NCBI GenBank assembly: GCA_963813705.1
Contig: CAWFAH010000010.1
Span: 921,085 to 985,084, forward strand
Origin: an uncultured Chloroflexia bacterium
Lineage (GTDB): Bacteria; Chloroflexota; Limnocylindria; Limnocylindrales; CSP1-4
DNA length: 64,000 bases
Reading direction: 5' to 3'
This document shows, one piece after another, positions 28,439 through 38,515 of this stretch (within the stretch, counting starts at the first letter, position 1; each line of letters starts with the position of its first letter). The position numbers and the translations under genes were made by a program. The notes under the pieces are model-generated. The model saw only the letters and a program-made list of their open reading frames with translations, ran no database searches and was not told the origin of the DNA.

Positions 28439-29806
28439 ATGCGATCGAACCATCCGACGATCTGCCGCCCACTCGGGGCGGCCGCCCTGCTGCTTGCCCT
28501 CGCCGGCGCATGCACGAGCACGAGCACCGCGTCCGGGAGACCAACGACCGGCGCATCAACGCCGGGTGCGGCCGCCACGCCGCCCGCGACCGCCGCCGCA
28601 CCGGCCGCCACGGCCTCGGCCGGCGCGGAGGCCTCGACCGACGCCTGGCTCGCCGTCGGCCGGAAGGGCGCCCGCGACCTCGAGGTGATCCTCGCCAGCA
28701 GCGGCGACCGCATGTTCGACGCGCTGCCGGCCGGCGTGCCGACCCAGCGTGACTGGGGCCGGCTGGTCGTGGCCCGGCCCGACGGGACGAAGACGCGGGT
28801 CGAGAGCCTCGCCGTCCAGCCCGGCTTCGGCGGCCCGTCGACGACCCTCGACGGCGCCTGGCGGCTGCCGACGATCGGGCCGGACCCGGTCCCGGTCGGC
28901 GTGTCGGCCAACGGGCGGACGATCGTGCTCGTCGAGGCCGACCGGGCCGCCGGCGCGGGGACGAGCCGGTTCGCGATCCTCGACCAGGGCGTCGAGGGAC
29001 CCGCCCGGGTGATCGCGCTCAAGGGCCGGTTCGACTACGACGCGCTGTCGCCGGACGGACGGACGCTGTACCTGGTCGAGCACCTCGATGCCGCCGCCGG
29101 CGGTACCTACCAGGTCCGTGCGCTGGACGTCGCCAGCGGCGCCCTGAAGGACGGGGTCGTCGTCGACAAGCGCAACATCGACGAGCAGATGGCCGGCTAT
29201 CCGCTGGCCCAGGTGCGACGCGACGATGGCTCGGTGTTCACCCTCTACCGTGGCCTCGAGCACCCGTTCATCCACGCGCTCAACACGACGGACGGCTGGG
29301 CGCTGTGCATCGACCTGCCGGCGACCGGGGCGATCTCCGAGGTCGCGGCCGGTGACTGGGGCCTCGCCCAAAGTGCCGATGGAGGCTCGCTCTACGCGGC
29401 CGATGCCACCCTGGGCCTGGTCCTCGAGGTCGATCCGGTCGACTACGCGGTCCGGCGCTCGACGAGCGTCAAGCCGCTCGCCGGGAGCGGGATCGTCCTG
29501 ACCAAGTTCGGCCACGAGGAGAGCGGCCCGACCGGTCGCCGCGTCGTCGTCGCCCCCGATGGCAAGACGCTCTACGCGGCCGGGATGGGCGGGATCCTGG
29601 CGATCGACACGGCAACGCTGAAGGTCCGCGCGACCCTCGTTGAGGGCACGGCCGTCAACGGCCTGGCCGTGACGACCGACGGCGGCACGCTCTACGCACT
29701 GCTCATGGACGGCCACATCGTCAAGCTGGACGCGGCATCCGGCCGGCGCCTGGCCACCGTCCCCGGCGACGGCTACGACCGGCTCGTGGCCGTGGTCCCG
29801 TGGTGA
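28439..29806 (+). CDS. Lipoprotein with beta-propeller (YVTN/LVIVD-like) repeats
   Basis: Lipobox LLLALAGAC. Repeated DGRTLYLV / GGSLYAAD / DGKTLYAAG / DGGTLYAL propeller-blade motifs. Confidence 0.75.
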   Translation: MRSNHPTICRPLGAAALLLALAGACTSTSTASGRPTTGASTPGAAATPPATAAAPAATASAGAEASTDAWLAVGRKGARDLEVILASSGDRMFDALPAGVPTQRDWGRLVVARPDGTKTRVESLAVQPGFGGPSTTLDGAWRLPTIGPDPVPVGVSANGRTIVLVEADRAAGAGTSRFAILDQGVEGPARVIALKGRFDYDALSPDGRTLYLVEHLDAAAGGTYQVRALDVASGALKDGVVVDKRNIDEQMAGYPLAQVRRDDGSVFTLYRGLEHPFIHALNTTDGWALCIDLPATGAISEVAAGDWGLAQSADGGSLYAADATLGLVLEVDPVDYAVRRSTSVKPLAGSGIVLTKFGHEESGPTGRRVVVAPDGKTLYAAGMGGILAIDTATLKVRATLVEGTAVNGLAVTTDGGTLYALLMDGHIVKLDAASGRRLATVPGDGYDRLVAVVPW

Positions 29807-29848
29807 CCGGGCAGGCAGAACGGCCGCCGGCCGCCGCCGAGCAGGCCG

Positions 29849-31051
29849 CTAGGGGAGCCGGCGCAGCGCCGGGACGCCGGACAGGGCAGCCGCGGTCAGG
29901 GCGAGCAGCCCGCCGCTGATTGCGACCGAGATCGGCGCCCCGAAGGCGACCGCCGCGGCGCCCAGCCCGAGGTGGCCGAGCGGCCCGAACCCGATGGCGA
30001 AGTACCAGACGCCCATCGCCGATCCGCGCTCGTGGTCGTCGACGCTGCGCTGGATCAGCGACTGGCCGAGCGTGTCGAGGGCGGCGGCCGCGGCGCCGAC
30101 CGCGAGCAGGATGACGAGCGACAGCGCGAATGAGGCGCTGAGGGCGAACGCCACGAGCGCGACGCCCAGCCCGAACGCGGTCGACAGGAACAGCCGACCG
30201 CCGCGGCCGCGCAGGCCGAGCCGGGCGAGCAGGAGCAGCCCGGCGATGGCCCCCGCGTTGCGCGCGGCCGCGAGCGCGCCGAGCCCGGTCGCGTCGGTGT
30301 GGAGCACGTCCCGGGCGAACGACGGGAAGACGGTCAGGCTGGAGAAGCCGAACACCTCGCCGACGACGACGACGAGCGCAATCAGGGCGACCAGCCGGTT
30401 GCGGGCGATGAGGGTCATCGACCGGCGGAGGTCGTGGATCTCGGCCGGGCCCTCGCGCGCCCGGCGGGCGCGCAGGCCCGCGAAGAACAGGATCGCGGCG
30501 GCCACGGCTCCCAGTGCGGCCGCCATGAGGAAGGCGCTGCCCGCGCCCAACCGGTCGATCGCGACGCCACCGGCGATGGAGCCGACGAACGCGAGCAAGT
30601 AGAAGCCGAGGTTGGCGAGCGCGATCGCATTCGTCGCGCCCTCGCGACCGGCCAGGTCGAACGCATAGGACTGGCTGGCGGTGCCACGAATCGTGTCGAG
30701 GATGCCGAGGACCAGGCTCAGGACGAGCAGGCCGGCCAGGTCGAGCCGCCCGCCGCCGGCCAGGGTCGCCGCGCCGAGCATCGGGACCACCGCGATGAGG
30801 TAGACCGTGGTGAGCACGGTTCGCCGGTCGAACCGGTCGACGAGCCCGCCGAGCGGGATCCCGAGGATGAGCGACGGAGCGAACCGGGCCGCGAACGTCG
30901 CCCCGACCGCGAGCGCCGAGTTCGAGACCTCGAGCGCGAGCCAGCCGATCGCCACGAGGCCCGCCGACACCGCCACGGCGTTCGTGGCCCCGCTCAGCCA
31001 GAGCGCCGGATAGCCCTGGACGCGGAACGCGGCCAGCGTCGGCCCGGCCAC
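29849..31051 (-). CDS. MFS transporter (12 TM)
   Basis: 400 aa. The motif-A-like GIPLGGLVDRFDRR lies between TM2 and TM3. Hydrophobicity pattern fits. Confidence 0.85.
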   Translation of the reverse strand: MAGPTLAAFRVQGYPALWLSGATNAVAVSAGLVAIGWLALEVSNSALAVGATFAARFAPSLILGIPLGGLVDRFDRRTVLTTVYLIAVVPMLGAATLAGGGRLDLAGLLVLSLVLGILDTIRGTASQSYAFDLAGREGATNAIALANLGFYLLAFVGSIAGGVAIDRLGAGSAFLMAAALGAVAAAILFFAGLRARRAREGPAEIHDLRRSMTLIARNRLVALIALVVVVGEVFGFSSLTVFPSFARDVLHTDATGLGALAAARNAGAIAGLLLLARLGLRGRGGRLFLSTAFGLGVALVAFALSASFALSLVILLAVGAAAAALDTLGQSLIQRSVDDHERGSAMGVWYFAIGFGPLGHLGLGAAAVAFGAPISVAISGGLLALTAAALSGVPALRRLP

Positions 31052-31104
31052 GAGCGCCGCCCGGGACCGAGCCCGCAGGCCACCCGGGACCTCCGGCGGG
31101 ACGC

Positions 31105-31842
31105 TCAGTCCGCCTCCCCGACCTCGTAGGTCTGGAGCCGCCGGACCGCGATCAGCAGCGCGAGCGCGGCGACCGCGACTGCGAGGATGACCGCCGAGCT
31201 GCCGGGCAGCAGGTCACCGGCCGCCGCCCGCTGGCCGCCGGCGATCGCGTCGGCGATGCCGAGCGCGTACTGGCGGATGCTGAACGTTCGCGTCCCTTCG
31301 AACAGCCCGGCCAGGATCCCCTCCCAGACGAGGACGTAGATCAGCCCGATCGCGAGCGCCCGCGAGGTCACCAGGCTGAGGGCCAGGAAGACGACCACGT
31401 ACAGGATGGCGGCGACCGACGCGCCGACGGCGTAGCCGACCGCGGCCGCCGGCCCGGTTCCGGTCAGCCCGTGGATGATCGCAGTCGCCAGGAGCGCCGA
31501 CGGCGCCGCGATGGCCACCGCGAGCCCGGCCGCCACGATCACCTTGGCGACCACGATCTGCCAGCGCGGGATGGGCTTGGCGAGCAGGTAGATGGCGGTC
31601 CCGTCGTCGAGCTCCGAGCCGAGCGCCGACGTCCCGAACACCAGGGCGACGAGCGGCACGATCGTCGAGATGACGAGCCGATCGACGACCGCCGCGGTCG
31701 TCCCGTCGAGGTTCGTGACCCGCCCGGACGCGCGGACGAGGAGGGCGACGAGAACCGGCAACAGCCCGAGCAGGCCGACGAGGATCACCCGGCGGCGGCC
31801 GGCGAGCGAGCGCACGGTCAGCCCGGCGATGACCCGGATCAC
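31105..31842 (-). CDS. ABC-2 type transporter permease
   Basis: GTG start overlapping the upstream ATPase stop (GTGA). 6 TM. Typical ABC-2 exporter permease profile. Confidence 0.8.
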   Translation of the reverse strand: MIRVIAGLTVRSLAGRRRVILVGLLGLLPVLVALLVRASGRVTNLDGTTAAVVDRLVISTIVPLVALVFGTSALGSELDDGTAIYLLAKPIPRWQIVVAKVIVAAGLAVAIAAPSALLATAIIHGLTGTGPAAAVGYAVGASVAAILYVVVFLALSLVTSRALAIGLIYVLVWEGILAGLFEGTRTFSIRQYALGIADAIAGGQRAAAGDLLPGSSAVILAVAVAALALLIAVRRLQTYEVGEAD

Positions 31843-32831
31843 CGCCGCACCAGGTAGCCGAAGACGCTCTCGAGGTCCTCGTCGGTCGGGCGGACCTCGC
31901 GGAGCGTCAGCCCGGCGTCGCGGGCGATGACCGCCAGGGCCCGGGTGAACGCCGCGTAGTCCGAGGTCCGGACCGCGAGCCGGCCGTCGGTCAGCTCGAC
32001 CCCGTACACGGCGGGATGCCCGACGAGGCCCGCCGCCAGCCGGCGGTCGTCCGACGAGTGGATCGTGAACGTGTGCGGCCGATCGGTCATCAGGCGGCGG
32101 ATCTCGCGGAAGTCCCCGGACGCGGCCAGCCGTCCGGCGACGATCACGAGCACGTTCTGGGCGAGCCGCTCGACCTCCTCGAGGATGTGCGAGCTGAACA
32201 GAATGGTCCGTCCCTCGCTCGCCATCCGCCGGAGGAGCTCCATCATGTGCAGCCGCTGGCGCGGGTCCATCCCGTTGAACGGCTCGTCGAGGAGCAGGAC
32301 CGGCGGCTCGTGGACGAGGGCACCGGCGATCTTCGCCCGCTGGCGCATCCCCTTCGAGTACGTCCCGATCGGGCGGTCGGCGGCGTCGGTCAGCTCGACC
32401 GTGGCGATCGCCCGGGCCGCCGCTCCGTCCGGGTCGGGCATCGCCTGCAGCCGGGCGTTGAGCCGGGCGAACTCGCGGCCGGTCAGGAACGGGTAGACCG
32501 CCTCGCGCTCGGGCACGAGACCGATCCGCCGGTAGACGTCCGGGTCCCGCCAGGCCGGCTGCCCGTCGATCACCACCCGCCCGGCCGACGGCCGGAGGAG
32601 GCCCGAGATCATGTGGAGCAGGGTCGACTTCCCCGCCCCGTTCGGTCCGAGCAGCCCGGTGACCCCGGGGCGCAGGGTGAACGAGATGTCGTTGACGGCG
32701 ACGACGTTGCCGTACCAGCGCGACACGTCCTGGAGCTCGACGGTCGCCGTCGGGTCGAGCGGGCGGGGCGGACGCAGGACGGCGCCCGAACCGGCGGCCG
32801 GTCCCCACAGCGGAGCGCGCTCGTCGGTCAC
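31839..32831 (-). CDS. ABC transporter ATP-binding protein
   Basis: Walker A GPNGAGKST. Signature YSKGMRQRAKIA. Walker B LLLDEPFNGMD. Start (GTG at 32831) uncertain. Confidence 0.85.
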   Translation of the reverse strand: MTDERAPLWGPAAGSGAVLRPPRPLDPTATVELQDVSRWYGNVVAVNDISFTLRPGVTGLLGPNGAGKSTLLHMISGLLRPSAGRVVIDGQPAWRDPDVYRRIGLVPEREAVYPFLTGREFARLNARLQAMPDPDGAAARAIATVELTDAADRPIGTYSKGMRQRAKIAGALVHEPPVLLLDEPFNGMDPRQRLHMMELLRRMASEGRTILFSSHILEEVERLAQNVLVIVAGRLAASGDFREIRRLMTDRPHTFTIHSSDDRRLAAGLVGHPAVYGVELTDGRLAVRTSDYAAFTRALAVIARDAGLTLREVRPTDEDLESVFGYLVRR

Positions 32832-33715
32832 GCCTGGATCCGCAGATAGCGCCAGACGAGGGCCAGGCTCGCCCCGATCCCGAGCGCGACCGCCCCGAGC
32901 GTCAGCGCCTCGACCGGCACCCCGGAGTTGGCCGTCGCCTGGCCGTTCGGCGCGACGCCGAAGAACCACGCGTTCGTCCCGTCGAGGAGCGACCCGACGT
33001 CGAGCAGGATGATCCACTGGGCGGCGCCGCCGACATCGAGGCCGATCACGATCGCGGCCACGATCCCCGGGATGATGAACACGCCGAAGATCGCCGCGGT
33101 GGCGTACGCCCGGCGCGGGGTGATCGAGGCGATGAGCAGCGCCAGCGACGCCGTCACGACGGCGATCACGAGGGACGAGCCGAGGATGGCCGGCAGCGCC
33201 CCGACCTCCTTCCCGAGCGCCGCGCCGATGTCCGGGTCGAGGAGGATCGCCCCCACGCCCAGGACCGCCTGCGGCACCAGGACGATCGTCAGGACGCCGA
33301 TGCTCAGAGCCGTCAGCTTGGCGGCCACGTAGTCGGTCCGCCGGAGCGCTCGCGAGAAGTACAGGGTCAGGACGCGGTAGCGCTGATCACGACCGAGCAG
33401 CTCGGGCGCCTGGGCGGCCACGAACAGGACCGGGAAGGCGGCGATGAGGCTGAACATGCCGTCATGGCCCGGGATCACCGGCAGCTCGCCGACGCCACTC
33501 CGTGACGCCAGGGCACGGACCCCGACGAGGACGAGGGCGATGAGCGCGGGCAGACCGACGCAGATCAGCGGCAGGACCTTCGCCCGGCCGCTCCGGCCGA
33601 TCCCGAAGACGCTCCGCGTCGAGTAGCGCGCCAGCGCCCCGACCGCGTGGCGACGGCCGAGGCGCGGGCCGTCGTAGCCGCGGTAGCCGAGGTCGTAGAT
33701 GCTGCCGGTCGTCAT
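32828..33715 (-). CDS. ABC-2 type transporter permease
   Basis: 295 aa, 6 TM. ATGA overlap with the upstream ATPase. Confidence 0.8.
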   Translation of the reverse strand: MTTGSIYDLGYRGYDGPRLGRRHAVGALARYSTRSVFGIGRSGRAKVLPLICVGLPALIALVLVGVRALASRSGVGELPVIPGHDGMFSLIAAFPVLFVAAQAPELLGRDQRYRVLTLYFSRALRRTDYVAAKLTALSIGVLTIVLVPQAVLGVGAILLDPDIGAALGKEVGALPAILGSSLVIAVVTASLALLIASITPRRAYATAAIFGVFIIPGIVAAIVIGLDVGGAAQWIILLDVGSLLDGTNAWFFGVAPNGQATANSGVPVEALTLGAVALGIGASLALVWRYLRIQA

Positions 33716-34761
33716 CGGCCGGCCTGTCCGCCACCGGCGTCGGCCGCAGGTCCGCCTGGAGCCGGCCCATCGGCAACCATCGCCGGCCGGGCCGCGTCCC
33801 CACGGTCGGGCGGCTCGGTCGGGCCGCCGTCGCGGAACAGGTCCTCGAGGCTGTGGCGGCGGCGCTCGATCCGGACGAGCGGGAGCCCGAGCTCGGCGAC
33901 GGCGTCGCGGATCAGGTCATACGGCTCGCGGTCGTCGAGCGCGATCTGGACCAGCCGGCCGTCCGCCGCCGTGGCGAGCACGCGCAGGCCGCGGTCGCCG
34001 AGCCGGGCGGCGAGGGCGTCGCGGCCCTCCTCCACCTCGACCGTCAGCACCCCCGTCTCGGTCGTGAACTCGGCGAGCGGCGCGGCGCGCAGGAGCCGGC
34101 CGGCATCGATCGCGACGAGGAAGTCGCACACCTCCTCGATCTCCCCGAGCAGGTGGCTGGCGAGGATGATCGCGATCCCGAACTCGTGACCGGTCCGCTC
34201 GATGAGCCGGAGCATCTCGTCGCGGCCGGCGGGATCGAGCCCGTTGGTCGGCTCGTCGAGGAGGAGCAGGCGGGGATCGTGGACGAGCGCCTGGGCGAGC
34301 TGGACGCGCTGGCGCATCCCCGTCGAGTAGCCGCCGATCGGGCGGTAGCGCTCCTCGTACAGCCCGACGTGGCGGAGCACGTCGGAGGTCCGCTCCCGCG
34401 CGGCCGCGCCGGGCAGCCCAGAGAGCTGGGCGAGATGGGCCACCAGCTCCGTCGCGCTGATATCGGGAGGCAGCGCGTTGTGCTCGGGCATGTAGCCGAC
34501 GTACTGGCGCAGCGCGGTGCCGTCGGCGACCGGATCCATGCCCAGCACGGCGATCCGGCCGCTCGTCGGCGGCAGCAGCCCGAGCAGGATCTTGATCAGG
34601 GTCGACTTGCCCGCCCCGTTGGCCCCGACGAGGCCGATGATGCCGGGCCGGATCTCGAGGCTCAGGTCGTCGAGCGCGGTGACCGTGGCGAATCGCTTGG
34701 TCAGCGCTTCGACGTGGACGATGGGCGCGCCGTCGTCGGGCAGGTTTCGCTGGGCCGTCAC
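33712..34761 (-). CDS. ABC transporter ATP-binding protein
   Basis: Walker A GANGAGKST. Signature YSTGMRQRVQLA. Walker B LLLDEPTNGLD. H-loop present. Confidence 0.9.
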   Translation of the reverse strand: MTAQRNLPDDGAPIVHVEALTKRFATVTALDDLSLEIRPGIIGLVGANGAGKSTLIKILLGLLPPTSGRIAVLGMDPVADGTALRQYVGYMPEHNALPPDISATELVAHLAQLSGLPGAAARERTSDVLRHVGLYEERYRPIGGYSTGMRQRVQLAQALVHDPRLLLLDEPTNGLDPAGRDEMLRLIERTGHEFGIAIILASHLLGEIEEVCDFLVAIDAGRLLRAAPLAEFTTETGVLTVEVEEGRDALAARLGDRGLRVLATAADGRLVQIALDDREPYDLIRDAVAELGLPLVRIERRRHSLEDLFRDGGPTEPPDRGDAARPAMVADGPAPGGPAADAGGGQAGR

Positions 34762-35068
34762 CGGGTCATGGTAGCCGCCGAACGAGGCCGTCTGGCCGCG
34801 CTCGCGCCGGCCCGGATGCCGCGATCAGCGCGCGACAGGGCCCGGTCGGTGGATCAGGGGGTGATGCGGCCGCGCTCGGTGGTCGTGTGCGAGTTGGTCG
34901 CGGCCGCTCAAGCGAAGAGGATGGGCGCCGGGCGTCCCCTCCGGCGCCCATCACAGCGAGAGGATGCGACGGCTCGCCGCGTCAGGCGAGGGCCGAATGG
35001 CCCGGTCGCAGACCCAACGTTCGGCCTGTTCCGCGCCGCGAGGATCCGGCCTGGCTGGACTCTCCGGC

Positions 35069-36340
35069 CTACAGCTCGTGGAGCCGGCGGGCGGCGGCGG
35101 TCAGCTCGTCGCGGAAGTCCGGGTGGGAGATCGCGATCAGTCGCTTGGCCCGCTCGCGGAGGCTCTGGCCGTAGAGCTCGGCGACGCCCCACTCGGTCAC
35201 CACGGTCCGGACGTGGGCGCGCGTCGTGACCACTCCCGCCCCCTCCTGGAGGGCCGAGACGATCCGCGAGGTGGACCCGCCGGCCGCCGTCGACGGCAGG
35301 GCGATGATCGCCCGACCCTCGGGCGCCAGGGCCGCGCCTCGGATGAAGTCCATCTGCCCGCCGACTCCGCTGTACATCCGGTGGCCGATCGAGTCGGCGC
35401 AGACCTGGCCGGTCAAGTCGACCTCGATCGCCGAGTTGACCGCGGCCATCCGGCTGAAGCTCCGGATCACGGCCGTGTCGTTCGTGAAGTCGGTCGGCCG
35501 CATCTCGACCATCGGGTTGTCGGCGACGAACGCGTAGAGGCGAGGCGTGCCCATCATGAACGTGGCCACGATCTTGCCCCGGTTGCGCTCCTTCGCCCGT
35601 CCGGTCACCACGCCGGCCTCGACAAGGTCCACCACGACGTCGGTCATCATCTCGGTGTGGACGCCCAGGTCGCGCTTGCCGAGGAGGGCGCGACCGACCG
35701 CGGCCGGGATCGCCCCGATGCCCATCTGGATCGTCGCCTGATCGGGGACGAGGTCGGCCACGTACTCGCCGATCCGCTGCTCGACCTCGCCGATTGGGAG
35801 GCCGTGATAGACGTAGGGCGGGACGTCGACGTCGACGGCCAGGTCGATCTGGTCGACGTGGACGAAGCTCTCGCCGAGCGTCCGCGGCATCGCCCGGTTG
35901 AGCTGGGCGATGACGGTCGTGGCGGAGCGGATGGCCGCCTGCATCGCCTCGACCGAGGTGCCCAGCGAGCAGTAGCCGTGGGCGTCCGGTGGCGACACGT
36001 TGATCACGACGGCGTCGAGCGGGAGCAACCCGCTCGCGAGCAGGTGGGGTACGTCGGACAGGAAGATCGGGATGTAGTCGGCCCGGCCTTCGGCCACCGC
36101 CGCGCGGGCGTTCGGGCCGATGAACAGCGCCCGGTGCCGGAAGTGACCGGCCATCTCGGGCGCGAGGTGGGGTCCAGGCCCCTCGCAGTGGAGATGGACG
36201 ATCCGGACGTTCTCCAGCTCGGGGGCCCGCGCGACGAGCGCGTCGAGCAGCACCGACGGGGTGGCCGCCGCGCACTGGAGGTAGATCTGCTGGCCGCTCT
36301 GAATCCCCGCGACGGCCTCGGCGGGATCGACGATACGCAT
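35069..36340 (-). CDS. Acetyl-CoA hydrolase/transferase family protein (4-hydroxybutyrate / succinyl-CoA:acetate CoA-transferase-like)
   Basis: 423 aa from MRIVDPAEAVAGIQSGQQIY. Conserved GIGAIPAAV and ALPSTAAGG...SRIV blocks match the family. Confidence 0.85.
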   Translation of the reverse strand: MRIVDPAEAVAGIQSGQQIYLQCAAATPSVLLDALVARAPELENVRIVHLHCEGPGPHLAPEMAGHFRHRALFIGPNARAAVAEGRADYIPIFLSDVPHLLASGLLPLDAVVINVSPPDAHGYCSLGTSVEAMQAAIRSATTVIAQLNRAMPRTLGESFVHVDQIDLAVDVDVPPYVYHGLPIGEVEQRIGEYVADLVPDQATIQMGIGAIPAAVGRALLGKRDLGVHTEMMTDVVVDLVEAGVVTGRAKERNRGKIVATFMMGTPRLYAFVADNPMVEMRPTDFTNDTAVIRSFSRMAAVNSAIEVDLTGQVCADSIGHRMYSGVGGQMDFIRGAALAPEGRAIIALPSTAAGGSTSRIVSALQEGAGVVTTRAHVRTVVTEWGVAELYGQSLRERAKRLIAISHPDFRDELTAAARRLHEL

Positions 36341-36493
36341 CCGGGCGAGTGTAGGGCCGCGGCGGGGCCGCTCGCGGGGCCTGACGGACCGATCGCGCGG
36401 GCTGGTCGGCCCCGTCGACCCGGGACGCCGGCCCACCCGCTCCCCGGGCCGGCCGGTCCATCCGGCGCACGGTTCGCGGCTCAGGGACCGGGC

Positions 36494-37180
36494 TCAGCCC
36501 TCCCCGGAAATCCGGTGCTTGGCGACGAACGCGGCCGCCTGGGCCCGGCGCTCGAGGTTGAGCTTCGAGAGGATCGAGCTCACGTAGTTCTTGACGGTCT
36601 TGTCCGACAGGAAGACGTCGGCCGCGATCTCCTTGTTCGTCTTGCCCTCGGCGACGAGCATCAGGATCTTGCGCTCCTGCTGGGTGAGCGCCGCCAGCTC
36701 GTCGTTGAACGTCCCGGTGGCGATCCGCCGGACCCGCTCGAGGACCTTCTCGGTGACCGCCGGGTCGAGCAGCGACTCGCCGCGTCCCACGGCCTCCAGC
36801 GCCGCAACGAGGTCACGCGCCCGGATCTGCTTGAGCAGGTAGCCGCTGGCACCGGCGATGATCGCCGACAGGACCGCTTCCTCGTCGGGGTAGCTGGTCA
36901 GGATGACCACCCGCGTCGCCGGGAGCTCGGCCCGGATCTCGCGGCAGGCCTCGATCCCCGAGCCGTCGGGCAGCCGGACGTCCATGATCACGATGTCGGG
37001 CTCGAACTTGCGGGTCATCTCGAGCGACTCGGCCACGGTCCCGGCTTCGGCGACGACCTGGAACGCCTCACGCCGATCGAGGACCGAGGACAGGCCCTGG
37101 CGGACGACCTCGTGGTCGTCGACGATCACGAGGCGGAGCGGTCGCGCCGGGGTGACATCGCGGGGAGTGGTCTCGGCCAC
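36494..37180 (-). CDS. NarL/LuxR family response regulator (DevR/DosR-like)
   Basis: GTG start with a GAGGAG RBS. Receiver LRLVIVDDHEVVRQGL...DIVIMDVRLPDGSG. C-terminal LuxR HTH LTQQERKILMLVAEGKTNKEIAADVFLSDKTVKNYVSSILSKL. Confidence 0.9.
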   Translation of the reverse strand: MAETTPRDVTPARPLRLVIVDDHEVVRQGLSSVLDRREAFQVVAEAGTVAESLEMTRKFEPDIVIMDVRLPDGSGIEACREIRAELPATRVVILTSYPDEEAVLSAIIAGASGYLLKQIRARDLVAALEAVGRGESLLDPAVTEKVLERVRRIATGTFNDELAALTQQERKILMLVAEGKTNKEIAADVFLSDKTVKNYVSSILSKLNLERRAQAAAFVAKHRISGEG

Positions 37181-37194
37181 GGGCGGCTCCTCGA

Positions 37195-38409
37195 TCAGCC
37201 CGGGACCCGGGACCCGGGACGCGGGACATGAACGATGATACGCGTGCCCACCTGCGGCTCGCTCACGACCTCCAGGCGGCCACCGGTGGCCGTCGCCCGC
37301 GAGCCCACGTTGACGAGCCCACGATGCTCGTCCGAGCGCCCTGCCTCGGGGTCGAAGCCCGCCCCGTTGTCGGCGATCTCCAGGACGATCTCGTCCGCGT
37401 TGTCGGGCGGCACCGCCAGCGAGACGTGGACCCGGCTCGCGCCGGAGTGGCGGGCGACGTTGCTCAACGCCTCCTGGGCGATCTGGAGGAGCTGGATCGT
37501 GACCTCGGCGGGCAGCTCGGCGTTGAGCGACTCGTCGGCGGTCAGCTCGAGATCGATCACCGTGTTCAGCCGGAACTCGTCGGCGACCGCGGCCAGACCG
37601 CCGACCAGCCCCACCTCGGCGAGCCGTTCGGGTCGCAGCCCGAAGATGAAGTTGCGGATGTCGCGGATCGCGAGATGGATCCCGTCGATGCCGCGCTCGA
37701 TCCGGGCCCGGGCCTCCGGCGGGTCGGTGTCCATGAACTCCGGGACGTCCTCGAGCGACAGGCTGACGCCGTACAGGCTCTGGATGATCCCATCGTGGAG
37801 GTCCTGGCCGATCCGCTCGCGCTCCTCGACCACCGCCAGCCGCTGGATCTGGTCGTGGAGCCGGGCGTTCTCGATCGCGATGCCGGCGTGGCGGGCGAAG
37901 ATCTCGACGACCGCCTGGTCGGCCGCGCTGAACTCGGCGGCGCCGCGCTTGTTCGTGAGGTAGAGGTCGCCGAGGACGCGCCCGCGAACGTTGATCGGGA
38001 CCCCGAGGAACGAAACCATCGGCGGATGGTTGGGCGGGAACCCGTAGCTCCGCGGGTGACGGGCGATCTCCGGGATCCGGACCGCGACGCTCTCGTGGAT
38101 CAGCAGGCCCAGCAGCCCGTGGCCGCGCGGCAGCGGGCCGATCCGCTCGCGCGCCTCGCGCGACAGGCCGCTGGTCACGAACCGCTCGAGGACGCCGCGC
38201 GAATCGGCGATTCCGAGCGCCGCGTACTCCGCATCGACGAGCTCGCGAACCCGGTCCACGATGAGCTGGAGGACGCGCTCGAACGACAGGATGCCGGCGA
38301 TCCCGCGCGTGGCCACGTCGAGGGCGTCGGCGAGGTCGAGGAGCTCCTCGCGCGAGAGCCCGAGGGAGCGCAGCGGGTTGGCCGACGCGAGCTGATCCGG
38401 GTCTGGCAT
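37195..38409 (-). CDS. GAF domain-containing sensor histidine kinase (HisKA_3 + HATPase_c; DevS/DosS-like)
   Basis: N-terminal GAF domain. H-box ERERIGQDLHDGIIQSL. N/G boxes LQIAQEALSNVARHSGA...IADNGAGF. Sits directly upstream of the NarL-type RR. Confidence 0.9.
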   Translation of the reverse strand: MPDPDQLASANPLRSLGLSREELLDLADALDVATRGIAGILSFERVLQLIVDRVRELVDAEYAALGIADSRGVLERFVTSGLSREARERIGPLPRGHGLLGLLIHESVAVRIPEIARHPRSYGFPPNHPPMVSFLGVPINVRGRVLGDLYLTNKRGAAEFSAADQAVVEIFARHAGIAIENARLHDQIQRLAVVEERERIGQDLHDGIIQSLYGVSLSLEDVPEFMDTDPPEARARIERGIDGIHLAIRDIRNFIFGLRPERLAEVGLVGGLAAVADEFRLNTVIDLELTADESLNAELPAEVTIQLLQIAQEALSNVARHSGASRVHVSLAVPPDNADEIVLEIADNGAGFDPEAGRSDEHRGLVNVGSRATATGGRLEVVSEPQVGTRIIVHVPRPGSRVPG

Positions 38410-38515
38410 CGCCAGAGCCTAGCAGCCCGAACAGCCCGGTTCTGCCGTCCGGCCCGGGAGGGATGGGCCGGACGTCACTTCTGCCTGACGGCGCCGGCGG
38501 CGACACTGACCGACC

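Noticed and set aside
38410-38515. Possible DosR-box upstream of the MCO gene / kinase gene
   Set aside because: No clear 20-bp inverted repeat resembling the mycobacterial DosR consensus could be read by eye. Left as a check in the findings, not called as a feature.
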